64,000 nt of DNA from an uncultured Pseudomonadota bacterium (GTDB taxonomy: Bacteria; Pseudomonadota; Alphaproteobacteria; Acetobacterales; Acetobacteraceae). Below are positions 29,731 through 39,280 of the stretch, piece by piece. Position 1 is the stretch's first letter. Each line of letters starts with the position of its first letter. The stretch covers positions 11,676 through 75,675 of the forward strand of contig CAWACI010000006.1 of assembly GCA_963780465.1 (NCBI GenBank), read 5' to 3'. The translations under genes and the position numbers were made by a program. The notes beneath the pieces were generated by a model, which was not told the DNA's origin, searched no databases, and saw only the letters and a program-made list of their open reading frames with translations.

Positions 29731-31392
29731 TTAGGAAGCGCCGGTCAGCGCGAGCTCGATGATGCGTGCGATCACGAGACCGCCGGCCAGGAAGAGATAG
29801 CCCCGCAGTGCGGTCATCCAAACCCGCATGGCGGGGGAAAAGCCACCCGGCGGCAGCTGGTCGAGCGGCGGCATCCGCCACGTATCCTGCTGCGAGCGGT
29901 CGATGGGCGCTGCTTTCGGCGCGCCCCGCAAGCGTTTGGCGGCAAACATGCCAAGCGCGACGACCAGGGCCAGGACACAGCCGCCGACGAGGACAACCAT
30001 GATCTGCGTGCCGGTGATGGAGGGATAAACCACCGCGGCGGTGAGAATGACGGAGAGCAGCAGCAGCAGCACGATGACGACGCCGGTGAGCAGATTGATC
30101 CAGCGGCCATTGACCCAGGGGCCAAGCACAGCCTTATCATTGCAAAGCAGGAGCAGGAACACCGTGGCGCTGGGCAGCAGCACGCCGGCCAGGCCCTGCA
30201 CCGCGTTGGTGATAAGGCCAAGCGGCATGCCCGGGGTGAGCACCAGTGCCGCGGCGCCGAGCAGCAGGCCCGCATAGACGACGTAGAACAGCTTCGCGTC
30301 GGTCAGCTTGCGATGCAGAGAGTGTTTGAATTTAAAGACATCGGCGATGGCGTAGGCCGAGGAGAGCGAGACCGCCGAGGCGCCAATGATGCTGGCATCG
30401 ATGAGCGCCAGCGCGAACAGTACGGCGGGCAGCCTTCCGGCATATTTCTGCACCCCTTCGGCGACGCCGAGATCGTCGGTGAAATTGCCGAATTCGGGAT
30501 GATGGGCGAACACCGCAGCCGCTCCCGCCATCAGCGCTACCGCGCCGCCGATGACAATGACGAAGCCGATGGCGAGGTCGACCCGCGAATATTTGATGAA
30601 GCGCGGGGTGATGCGTTTGTCGATCACATAGCTCTGCTGAAAGAAGAGCTGCCAGGGCGCCAGCGTGGTGCCGATAATGCCGATCACCAGCAGCAGCACG
30701 GCGGCCAGGCCGTCCGAGGGCACGTTGGGCATCTGCGGAATGAAGAAGCCATGGGCCACCGGGCCGAGCGGCGGGTGCACCAGCACGAAGAACGGGACCA
30801 GCAGGAAGCTGAAAAAGATCAGGCACATGGCGAAGCGCTCGAAGCGCCGGAAGTCGCCGGTGCTGGCGGCGCCGATGATCACGCAGGCGGCGACGAGCAC
30901 GCCGGCAATCTTCGGCACGCCGAGATATTGCAGGCCGAGATTGACGCCGATGAACTCGGAGACGGTGGTCAGCGCGTTCAGGAGAAAAAGATCGATGACG
31001 CTGAAGGCGCCCCAGAATTTGCCAAAGCGCTCCAGGATGAGCCGGGCATGGCCGACGCCGGTGACGGCACCCAGCCGGATGACCATCTCCTGATTGACAT
31101 AGAGCACCGGCAGCATGAGCAGCAGTGTCCAGAGCAGCGAATAGCCGTAATCCTGCCCGGCCTGGCTGTAGGTGCTGAACGCGCCGGCATCGTTGTCGCC
31201 GGTCATGACGATGAGGCCGGGCCCGACAATGGCGAGCAGCGTCATGAAGCGGGCACGCCAGTTCTTGCGCGGCGCAGTGTCGTGCTGGGTGATGGTGCCG
31301 AACGCACCGCGGATATCGCCCAGATGCGCGTCATCGAGGACAGCGGTGTTGGCTGTGGCGGTGGAGTCAATCTTCGTCAAATGGGTCATCAC
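29731..31392 (-). CDS. NRAMP-related divalent cation transporter of the Mg2+-transporting (NrmT/NRMT) type
   Basis: GPGLIVMTGDNDAG in place of the MntH DPGN motif, and GTTLAPWQLFFQQS in place of GATVMPH. Multiple TM segments. Confidence 0.88.
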   Translation of the reverse strand: MMTHLTKIDSTATANTAVLDDAHLGDIRGAFGTITQHDTAPRKNWRARFMTLLAIVGPGLIVMTGDNDAGAFSTYSQAGQDYGYSLLWTLLLMLPVLYVNQEMVIRLGAVTGVGHARLILERFGKFWGAFSVIDLFLLNALTTVSEFIGVNLGLQYLGVPKIAGVLVAACVIIGAASTGDFRRFERFAMCLIFFSFLLVPFFVLVHPPLGPVAHGFFIPQMPNVPSDGLAAVLLLVIGIIGTTLAPWQLFFQQSYVIDKRITPRFIKYSRVDLAIGFVIVIGGAVALMAGAAAVFAHHPEFGNFTDDLGVAEGVQKYAGRLPAVLFALALIDASIIGASAVSLSSAYAIADVFKFKHSLHRKLTDAKLFYVVYAGLLLGAAALVLTPGMPLGLITNAVQGLAGVLLPSATVFLLLLCNDKAVLGPWVNGRWINLLTGVVIVLLLLLSVILTAAVVYPSITGTQIMVVLVGGCVLALVVALGMFAAKRLRGAPKAAPIDRSQQDTWRMPPLDQLPPGGFSPAMRVWMTALRGYLFLAGGLVIARIIELALTGAS

Positions 31393-31501
31393 TGTCTCTC
31401 GTGGCGCGGCCCTGGCGCATCACAACGCCAACACAACTCGTTGTTTGTTACGGAAGCAGACGATGATCCGCCGGCCGTAGCCGGGGACCGTGCTGTTTCG
31501 G

Positions 31502-31687
31502 TCAGTACGGGGGAGAAACAGGCGATGCCGAGGCGGCAATAACCCAGCGGCAGACCAGATGGCCGCACGCATCCCGCTCCCAGCGCATAACAAGGGCCGG
31601 GCGGGCTTGCCGGGAAACTTTCAGTGAATCTTGGGCGCGCAAGGCGCGCTGCGTAACAGTGCTATCAAACAGGAAAACGGCCATCAT
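31502..31687 (-). CDS. Small hypothetical protein (61 aa) upstream of the transporter
   Basis: Strong SD (GAAGGAGG) 3 nt before tandem ATG ATG. Contains LVMRWERDACGHLVCRW. Confidence 0.55.
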   Translation of the reverse strand: MMAVFLFDSTVTQRALRAQDSLKVSRQARPALVMRWERDACGHLVCRWVIAASASPVSPPY

Positions 31688-31974
31688 GGCCTCCTTCGCT
31701 CAAGGGGTGCTTGAGCCCGGGAGGCTAGGCCGGAGGGTCAGCGCGTCAGCGCAAACCCTTTACGGCCACATGCTCAGCCCGGGCGATGATGGAACCCTCG
31801 GACAGCGTTAGAATAGACGCAAAGCGCCTACTATCGCCTTCCGATGGTTCGGAACTAGATCGCGGGTTCATGTGTCCTCGAATGGAGTGGTAACTAACGA
31901 GTGTTGGCGATGCTTACACCGCGCAACGAGGCGGCGCGTATACCTCTGCCAGTATTCTGTCAATGGCTGACATG

Positions 31975-32497
31975 GCATATCTTCCAGGCTAACGCCCGCA
32001 AGCCGTCGACCGCGCGCTCATATACCTGCACCTGTTCGGCATCGGCATTCCGGCGCAGCCGGGCTGGAACCAGATCCGGATTGAATACAAGACGGCTACG
32101 CCATGCCGCATGGCGTAGCCTCCTATTTCAGCCCCCCATCGCGGCCGAAATATAGCCTTGCCCTCAAGGCCTGGCCGCCGATCGCGGCAGCAACGGAAAC
32201 CACTCGCGTCACCAGGACCATTCCGCTATAAACAAAACGGTCATATTCAATGAACAAAGACCGATGACTACCAAACGGCTGGAGCTTCGGATCAAGCGCA
32301 TGTCGACGCTACCCCAAGGCGATCTCCCAAGGCACGACGAGACCCAAGGCACTTGCCTGGCCGCCAACCTGCGGCCAGTTGCGGGCGCCGGGGGACAACG
32401 TCAACGGGTGCTTCTGAACCTGATTAAAACCCGCCCGAACGTACCGGCCAGGCCCAAACGGTTCCCCTGGCCGACTGACCGGAGGCAGGTCGCTTGA
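31975..32497 (+). pseudogene. Relic of a large AAA-ATPase/GAF/histidine-kinase sensor gene
   Basis: Two recognisable fragments: AVDRALIYLHLFGIGIPAQPGWNQIRIEY (32002-32088, AAA-region-like) and LAANLRPVAGAGGQRQRVLLNLIK (32357-32428, HATPase N-box-like). Abuts the response regulator. Confidence 0.55.
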
Positions 32498-33121
32498 GCG
32501 AGCCGCGCCCCGTCGTTTTCGTCGTCGACGATGATGCATCGGTGCGTGGCGCCGTGGAAAATCTGCTGCGTTCGGTAGGCCTGAACGTCGAGACGTTCGG
32601 ATCGACGCAGGAATTCCTGCAGAGCAAGCGTCCCGACGCGCCGGGATGTCTCGTGCTCGACGTCAGGATGCCGGGGCAAAGCGGTCTGGAGTTCCAACGC
32701 ACCCTGACAACCTCAAGTATTCATCTGCCGATCATATTCATTAGTGCTTACGGCGACATTCCAATGTCGGTTCGGGCCATGAAATCCGGGGCCGTTGAGT
32801 TCCTGACCAAGCCCTTACGTGAACAGGAACTGCTCGATGCCATTCAGCTCGGGATCGAGCGCGATCGTGCCCGGCGCCAGGAGGAAACGGCGAAGGCCGA
32901 ATTGCAAGAACGCCTCGAGTTCGTTGACGGCGCGCGAACGCGAGGTGTTGGCCTTTGTCATCACCGGCCGGTTGAATAAACAGATCGCCGCACAACTCGA
33001 TCTGAGCGAGACCACGGTGAAGGTTCATCGCAGCCAAATCATGCGTAAGATGCACGCGCGGTCTTTGGTCGATCTGGTACGCATGGCAGATACGCTCGGC
33101 GTTTCTGCCGAAAAGTCGTAA
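32494..33121 (+). pseudogene. FixJ/NodW-type response regulator (REC + LuxR HTH), one +1 frameshift as assembled
   Basis: VFVVDDD.SVR, CLVLDVRMPG.SGL, GDIPMSVRAMK.GAVEFLTKP. Extra T at 32920-32921, then LTAREREV...G.LNKQIA..L..SE.TVKVHR. Confidence 0.88.
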
Positions 33122-33283
33122 GTACCTAAACTAAAGTATAATTTCCTCCACCTTCTGGGCGATCCCGCTACCCCTCGCGCACAGGAAAACCTTATGCAGG
33201 TACATAAAAGCGCGCCGCACGCGCAATAGCTCAGAGCCATTTATTGGTTCTAGTCTCAGGCTTCAAATAGGAAGCCGCATGAC

Positions 33284-33673
33284 ATGTCAACGCATCCTGT
33301 GATCTCGATTGTCGATGACGATTTGTCCGTCCGCGAAGCGGCGCTCGACCTTCTCAGAGCCATGGGCTTCACCGCCCAGGCGTTCGAGAGTGCCGAAGAT
33401 TTTCTTGGCTCCGATCATCTTCATAGGACCTCCTGCCTGATCACGGACATGCGTATGTCCGGGATGTCCGGGCTTGAGCTTTACGACCGTCTGGTTGCCG
33501 CAGGCACCTCTATTCCGACGATCCTTATCACCGCTTTCCCGAATGACAGGGACCAGACGCGCGCAATGGCGGCCGGAGTCGCCGGCTACCTGACGAAGCC
33601 CTTCAATAAATCAGAGCTTCTCTCCTGCATCAACGCGTCTCTCAAATCCTCTGGAAACGAAAGGAAGGAATGA
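33284..33673 (+). CDS. Single-domain response regulator (CheY-like receiver)
   Basis: ISIVDDD, CLITDMRM.GMSG, ILITAF, GYLTKPF. Confidence 0.9.
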   Translation: MSTHPVISIVDDDLSVREAALDLLRAMGFTAQAFESAEDFLGSDHLHRTSCLITDMRMSGMSGLELYDRLVAAGTSIPTILITAFPNDRDQTRAMAAGVAGYLTKPFNKSELLSCINASLKSSGNERKE

Positions 33674-34146
33674 AATCGATGTCGATGTCCGCAGCCATGT
33701 GTCAACCGATCCGCCCTGTTGACGCCCCAACCTTGCACCATGCTCCGGGAACGGTGGCGGATACGATCGGGCGCATCATGGGCACCATCCCCATGGCCCA
33801 TACCGGTGGGCTTGCCATCTGGCAGATCCGCCGCGTAATCGCGTTCATCGAGGCCCATCTCGACACCCCGATCAAGGTCAAGAATTTGAGCGCCATCGTA
33901 CAACTCAGCGCATCATACTTCTCCCAGGCATTCAAAAAAAGCTTTGGAGCCGCGCCGCATGCCTATGTGATCCAGCGCCGCCTGGATCGCGCGCGCCACC
34001 TCATGCTCACCAGCGACGCACGGCTGAGCGAGATCGCGCTGACCTGCGGCTTCACCGACCAGGCCCATCTTTGCCGGCAGTTCCGGCAGGCCACCGGCCA
34101 CAGCCCCGCGGCCTGGCGGCAGCGGGCCATCGCCAGATCGGCTTAG
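33670..34146 (+). CDS. AraC-family transcriptional regulator (HTH domain only)
   Basis: GGLA.WQ.RRV..FIE.HL, LSASYFS.AFK.SFG..PH.Y, LSEIAL.CGF.DQAHL.R.FR...G.SP..WR. Confidence 0.9.
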   Translation: MKSMSMSAAMCQPIRPVDAPTLHHAPGTVADTIGRIMGTIPMAHTGGLAIWQIRRVIAFIEAHLDTPIKVKNLSAIVQLSASYFSQAFKKSFGAAPHAYVIQRRLDRARHLMLTSDARLSEIALTCGFTDQAHLCRQFRQATGHSPAAWRQRAIARSA

Positions 34147-34268
34147 GTTAGAAAAAAGCGCAAAATTTTTGCTCCTATGAGACTGCGGCGTTGACACCAG
34201 AACGGCCCAGTTTAAAAAAATTTTTTTGCTTCTTTTTGTTCACAAAAGAAGTCCCGTTCTCCGCTTCG
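34147..34268. repeat. MITE-like repeat, copy 7 (left hairpin truncated) between convergent genes
   Basis: GAAAAAAGCGC-AAAATTTTTG...GGCCCAG...AAAAAATTTTTTTG-CTTCTTTTTGTTCACAAAAGAAG...TCCGCTTCG. Both flanks are stop codons. Confidence 0.85.
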
Positions 34269-35451
34269 CTAGGCGGCAGAACCGGCGGCAAAACCGCTGG
34301 ACCAGGCCCACTGAAAGTTATAGCCACCCAGCCAGCCGGTGACGTCCACCGCCTCGCCGATGACGAACAGGCCGGGCACCTCGGTGGCGCCCATGGTCTG
34401 CGAAGAGAGCCCCGCCGTATCGACGCCGCCAACGGTGACCTCGGCCTTGGCAAATCCCTCGGTACCCGTGGGCAACAGGCGCAAGCAATTGATTTTTTCG
34501 GCGAGTTCCTTGATCTGCTTGTTCGGCATCTCGGCGATCACCTGCTTTTGCCGTTCTTCCGGCAACAGTGCCTGTGCCAGGCGTGCCGGGAAAATTTCCG
34601 CCAGAATGGTTTTCAGCTCCGCCCGGGGCCGTGCCGCCTTGCGCGCCAGCAGCAACTCATAAGCATCGGTCCCGGGCAGCATATTCAGCGTCAACGCCTC
34701 CGCTTCGCGCAGATAGGAGGAGATCTGCAGCACGGCGGGACCAGACAGGCCGCGATGCGTGAACAGCGCATTTTCGCGGAATTCGCGCTTGCCGAAACGC
34801 GCCACGGACTCGAAAGACACGCCGCTCAGCCCCTGCATCCACCCCCAGCCACCTCCTTCGAAACGTAATGGCACCAGGCCAGGTTTTACCGGCGTCACGG
34901 CAAGACCGAACTGCTTGGCGATATCGTAAGTAAACCCCGTCGCGCCGAGCTTGGGGATGGAAAGGCCGCCGGTCGCCAGCACCAGGGACATTGCCTCAAA
35001 CAATTCCCCGCCGGCCTGCACGCTGAACGCGACGCCGCGCGAAATGCCGGTAACGTTTTGCGCAAGACGCAGCTTCACACCGTTTTGCCGGCACAGGCCG
35101 AGGAGCATGCCGAGAATCTCGCGCGCGGAACCGTCACAGAATAGCTGGCCAAGCCGCTTCTCATGATAAGCGATGCCGTGCGCCTCGACCAAATTGATAA
35201 AGTCCCGCGACGAAAATTTGGCCAGTGCCGATTTGACAAAATGCGGATTGCCGGAAAGAAAATTCTCGGCCTTGACAGACAAATTCGTAAAATTACAGCG
35301 TCCGCCACCGGAGATGAGGATTTTTGCGCCCGCTTCCGCCGCATGGTCAAGCACCAGGACTTCGCCGCCCCCGCCGCGCCGCGATGGCAGCGCAGAATAG
35401 TCCCGCCGCTCCTGCGCCGATAACCACCACATCAAACACCGCTTTCGTCAA
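34269..35451 (-). pseudogene. YhiN/HI0933 (BaiN-like) NAD(P)/FAD-dependent oxidoreductase, one +1 frameshift near the 5' end as assembled
   Basis: TTG at 35451 gives MTKAVFDVVVIGAGAAGLFCA. Extra A at 35361-35362, then KILISGGGRCNFTN, ATGGLS.PKLGA, FTHRGLSGPA, AEVT.GGV, GE.VDV.G.LGGYNFQWAWSSG. Confidence 0.9.
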
Positions 35452-35594
35452 AATCTTACTCCGGTCTAGTCACTGCTTGTAGCCCGGGAGTGTTTATGCG
35501 TTTGTCGCCGTTGTGGCAAAGACGTCGCGCCGCGTTTATACGCAACGGCGCGGCTGTCGTCGCCAACAGCGACGAGCCTCTCATCGCGCAAGCC

Positions 35595-35770
35595 TGGAGC
35601 CCGATCGATTTTGGACAAATCATATCGAAGCGAAGAAGAGGAAGGCTTCTTTTTGTGAACAAAAAGAAGCAAAAAAACTTTTCTAAACTGGGCCGTGCTG
35701 ATATCAACGCCACAGGCTCAAAGGAGCAAAAATTTTTGCGCCGCTTTTTTAAAAAGTCGATCTGGCTCTA
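35595..35770. mobile_element. MITE-like element, copy 8, both TIRs recognisable; its terminal TA is the IS630 insertion site
   Basis: Left TGGAGCCCGATCGATTTTGGACAAATCATA and right ...AAAGTCGATCTGGCTCTA (rc TAGAGCCAGATCGAC) both match the TAGAGCCTGATCG TIR. Confidence 0.82.
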
Positions 35771-36895
35771 TTAATCAGTCCATAAATAAGTTCATGCCTA
35801 GGCGGCGTATTTCAGAGAAGGTTTCTGGTAGAAGGAACGAATTTTTTGCGGATTTTTTTGGAGGCTACGCATCGATGAAACCACGTTTCTTTTGAAGTTG
35901 GCCTTGCTCGTCGTGGCCATCCGTCCCACAGTATCGGCTTTCAGGTGTTTCCAAACGAGTTCGTCGGGATTGCGGTCTGGAGAGTAGGGTGGCAGGAAAA
36001 ACAGCTTCAATTTCCCGCCGAGCGTTTCAACAAATGCTGTTGTCTTTTTCGCGCGATGGGCGGGACCATTATCGACGATCAGAAAAATCGTTCGCACAGC
36101 GCCGATCATCAGCCGCTTCAGAAACTCAATGAACACATCGGCGTTCACACCGCCTTTTTCCTTAATCATAAATCGCATCAGGCCTTTCGATGAAATCGCC
36201 GAAATCAGGCTAAGGCTGTGGCGAGCGCCTGTTGTTTCAACGATAGGTGTCTCACCTCGTTTGCCCCATGTCCGTCCCGCGTGATGGTCCGAACGCATGT
36301 GCGCAGCATCGCCAAAATAGATGTCAGCGCCTTGTGCTTGCGCCATTTTCTTGATCTTCGGATATTCACTCTTCAGCCATTTTTGAACCAACGCCTCGTC
36401 ACGCTCAATTGCACGATGCAAAGGTTTCTGGCAGGTGATGCCGAGCTGCGCCAACAAGCGGCCGACGGAGTTTCTGGCCAGCCTGATACCGTATTTTCTC
36501 TTGATCAACTCGGCGACCATCTCCCGCGTCCATAGTGCAAATTCGAACTTGAGCTGCTGCGGAGTTTTCTGCGTCACGGTGTCGTAAATCCACTTCAGCT
36601 TCCTGTCGTCTAACTTCGGCGGACGACCTGCCAAAGGCTTCGCCTTCAGGGCATTCCAACCGCCACCACGGTAATCCGCCAACCATTTATACATAGCCCG
36701 GATCGTTACCCTTAATGTTCGCGCCACAATCTCGGGGCTTTCCCCGTCTTGCACGCTGCGTACCGCGCGCACCCGCAGCGCCTCCAGGGTTGCGTGATCC
36801 AACTTGCGAGCATCATCGTCTCTCATGCCGAAAAGGAATCACAGCCAACCCAACGCGTCAATAAAAAAATGCACTTACTTACGGACTGCTTAATA
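35769..36895 (-). mobile_element. IS630-family insertion sequence (coordinates include flanking TA dinucleotides)
   Basis: IRs TATTAATCAGTCCATAAATAAGT / rc TATTAAGCAGTCCGTAAGTAAGT (20/23); TA at both ends. Confidence 0.93.
35798..36826 (-). CDS. IS630-family transposase, single intact ORF
   Basis: HTH N-terminus (GRPPKL), WT..MV..LI, YFGDAAH, LIVDNGPAH, FLPPYSPDRNPDELVW. Confidence 0.95.
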   Translation of the reverse strand: MRDDDARKLDHATLEALRVRAVRSVQDGESPEIVARTLRVTIRAMYKWLADYRGGGWNALKAKPLAGRPPKLDDRKLKWIYDTVTQKTPQQLKFEFALWTREMVAELIKRKYGIRLARNSVGRLLAQLGITCQKPLHRAIERDEALVQKWLKSEYPKIKKMAQAQGADIYFGDAAHMRSDHHAGRTWGKRGETPIVETTGARHSLSLISAISSKGLMRFMIKEKGGVNADVFIEFLKRLMIGAVRTIFLIVDNGPAHRAKKTTAFVETLGGKLKLFFLPPYSPDRNPDELVWKHLKADTVGRMATTSKANFKRNVVSSMRSLQKNPQKIRSFYQKPSLKYAA

Positions 36896-37739
36896 GATAG
36901 CGTTGACATTCACTTGGTCCAGATGAATGCGCTGACGAGGCACAGGATGGACAGGAATGCCCTTGGTGTTTGGTCGTAGCGTGTTGCGATTCGCCTGAAG
37001 TGTTTGATTTTCAGGAAGAAGCGTTCGACGAGGTTTCGTTCACAGTAAAGGGCAAAATCGCAGGGCACCTGTGGCGATGTTTTTCTCGGCGGAATCACTG
37101 GCACGGCATCCTGGTTCACGATGGTTTCACGCAGTGCCTTTAAATCATATCCCTTGTCGGCCAGGACATGACCCGCGGGCAGCTCGGCGATCAGTTCCTC
37201 GGCCTGGGTAATGTCGTTGACTTGGCCAGGAGTAAGGATGAAGCGTAGTGGATTGCCTAAAGCATCGACGACGGCATGGATTTTGGTGCTCATTCCACCG
37301 CGCGAGCGTCCGATCGCGCGAGCTTCAGGCCCCCTTTTTTGCCCGCCGCATGTTGATGCGCACGGACTATGGTGGAATCGATCATGACGTACTCAAAGTC
37401 GGGGAAATCCGCCATGGCGGCAAAAAGCCGGTCCCAGACCCCGTTCTTCGACCAGCGCGAAAAGCGGACGAAGACGCTGTTCCAGTTGCCGAAAAAGGCT
37501 GGCAGATCGCGCCACGGCGAGCCCGTACGGGCTAACCAGAGCACAGCTTCAATAAACAGCCGGTTGTCCGCACCGGTCCTGCCGGGATCGCTGCTCTTGC
37601 CCGGCAAATGAGGCTCCATCCGCGCCCATTGATGATCTTTTAATATCAGCCGAACCCCAGTCATTCAAAACTCCTCGCGAACAAGGAGGGTGAATCACAT
37701 TTGCGGCCGAGCCGGAATCCTGAATGTCAACGCAATCTA
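36894..37739 (-). mobile_element. IS5-family (IS427-like) insertion sequence, two ORFs joined by -1 frameshift
   Basis: IRs TAGATAGCGTTGACATTCA / rc TAGATTGCGTTGACATTCA (18/19). orfA 37290-37664 (RTGSPWRDLP..FGNWNSV..RF.RW..GVW, MIDST.VRAHQHAAG); orfB 36910-37293 (TKIHA.VD, LADKGYD, Y.ERN.VER.F..IKHFRRIATRYD). AAAAAAG slippery site at 37334-37340. Confidence 0.92.
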
Positions 37740-37772
37740 GGCCATGGCCGCCGATGCGCTTGAGGGAGGCGC

Positions 37773-39191
37773 CTAAAACTCCTCGTCCGCAACATAGCTG
37801 CCGATGCGCTGCACCAGGTCCGGAGACCGGTTGGCAAGGACCGCGCCGTAAACCAGCGACAACACCAGCAACGCCAGAACAAGGTAGGGATAAATATTGA
37901 ACGGATATGGCTGGCCGGGCTGCACGAGGCCCCAAAGTGGAAACAGCATCAGGATCGTGCCCAGAACCGGCACCACTAAATGCTTCAACGGGCGGAACTC
38001 CGCTTTATGATATTTCAACATATAAACGGGGAGTGCGAGATTGGTGACGAGATAGGTGACGATCACGGGGATGGTGCCGAGCGTGCCGGTATCGCCGAAC
38101 AACGTCACCGGATCGATCGAATAGATATAACCAAAAACAATCACGATCGCCAGCGCGACGAGAATATACGTCCACATCGCCGCATGCGGTGTCTTGTGCT
38201 GCGGATGGATCTTGCCAAAAAACACCGGCAGCAAGCCTTCGCGGCTGGAGTTGAACAGAATCCGCGCCTGCGAATTCGTTAGACCGATCAGACAGGAGAA
38301 AATGCTGGTCAGGCCCGCGATATAGGCGACGATGAGCAAGCCCGCGGCAGACGCCTTAAACGCATCGACGAAGGGGATCGCCGAGTTCCCGATCGCCTTC
38401 GCATCGTTATGAAAGGCGATTTCTGTGGCGTAAGCGAGGAAAATATAAGTCACGCCGATCGCGAGCGTCCCGGTGAGGAGCGCGCGTGGCACGTTGCGCC
38501 GCGGATTTTTCGTCTCCTCCGCCAGCGTCGCCGAGTTTTCCCAGCCGATGAAAAGATAGATGGCCAATGGGAATCCCAGGCCCACACCTTTCAGCCCGCC
38601 GGAGATGCTCGATGGCAATAACGGCGCGGCGGTGATGGCATGACGATTGACGACCAGCATGATGACGGCGCCGATAAGCAGCAGGACCAATTCGAAATAG
38701 AAAAAGATCGCGGCCCACGTGGTGGACAGGCTGATGCCGCGGGCAACCAGAAAACCGACGATGGCGGTTGCAACAATGCTCAGCAACTGCCAGGGGATAT
38801 TTATACCAAGGAACAACTGCAGCGTGCTCTGCGCCCAGCCGCCGGAGATGACCACAACAGAACTTGCGGCAATGCAATAGCCAACCACGACGAAGATCGA
38901 TGCGCTCGCCCCGGCAACCGGGCCCAATGCCATGCCGATAAAGGTCACAAAGGAGCCCGTGCTCGGCCGGTATTTTGAAAATTCTGATAGCGTATTGGCG
39001 AGAAACAAAACGACCAGCATCGCGAACAAAATCGTCAATGGCGCGCCAACCCCGGCGCCCGTGACGATCAGTCCAAAACCAAAAAAGAAACTCATGGCCG
39101 GCGCGATGTTTGCCAAGGTCGAGGCGATAATTTGCGACAATCCAAGACTGCCCCGCTGCAAACGATGCGCCGTCCGTGCTGGTGCGGTCAT
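37773..39191 (-). CDS. APC-family amino acid permease
   Basis: About 12 TM segments; NIAPA, F.GWE..A.LAEE.KNPRR.VP, ARILF...REG.LP..F.KIHP...TP. Confidence 0.9.
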   Translation of the reverse strand: MTAPARTAHRLQRGSLGLSQIIASTLANIAPAMSFFFGFGLIVTGAGVGAPLTILFAMLVVLFLANTLSEFSKYRPSTGSFVTFIGMALGPVAGASASIFVVVGYCIAASSVVVISGGWAQSTLQLFLGINIPWQLLSIVATAIVGFLVARGISLSTTWAAIFFYFELVLLLIGAVIMLVVNRHAITAAPLLPSSISGGLKGVGLGFPLAIYLFIGWENSATLAEETKNPRRNVPRALLTGTLAIGVTYIFLAYATEIAFHNDAKAIGNSAIPFVDAFKASAAGLLIVAYIAGLTSIFSCLIGLTNSQARILFNSSREGLLPVFFGKIHPQHKTPHAAMWTYILVALAIVIVFGYIYSIDPVTLFGDTGTLGTIPVIVTYLVTNLALPVYMLKYHKAEFRPLKHLVVPVLGTILMLFPLWGLVQPGQPYPFNIYPYLVLALLVLSLVYGAVLANRSPDLVQRIGSYVADEEF

Positions 39192-39280
39192 CTTCGCTTC
39201 TCCATCTGTTTATTTTTTATATGTAAATACCTAGCAATAAAGATTTTTTAGCATTTCAGCAAGTTTTGTCTGGCAGCAAC

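Noticed and set aside
31780-31905. Possible M-box (ykoK) riboswitch upstream of the NRMT gene
   Set aside because: Only a loose TCGTTAG...CTCC...GGACACA resemblance; the conserved core (GGTGAGGCTCCT, AGACGCC, GGGTC) is absent, so it is not called.
35769-36895. The IS630 at 35.8 kb as the obvious autonomous partner of the MITE
   Set aside because: Its IR (TATTAATCAGTCC) does not match the MITE TIR (TAGAGCCTGATCGG) beyond the TA, so partnership is not supported by sequence.
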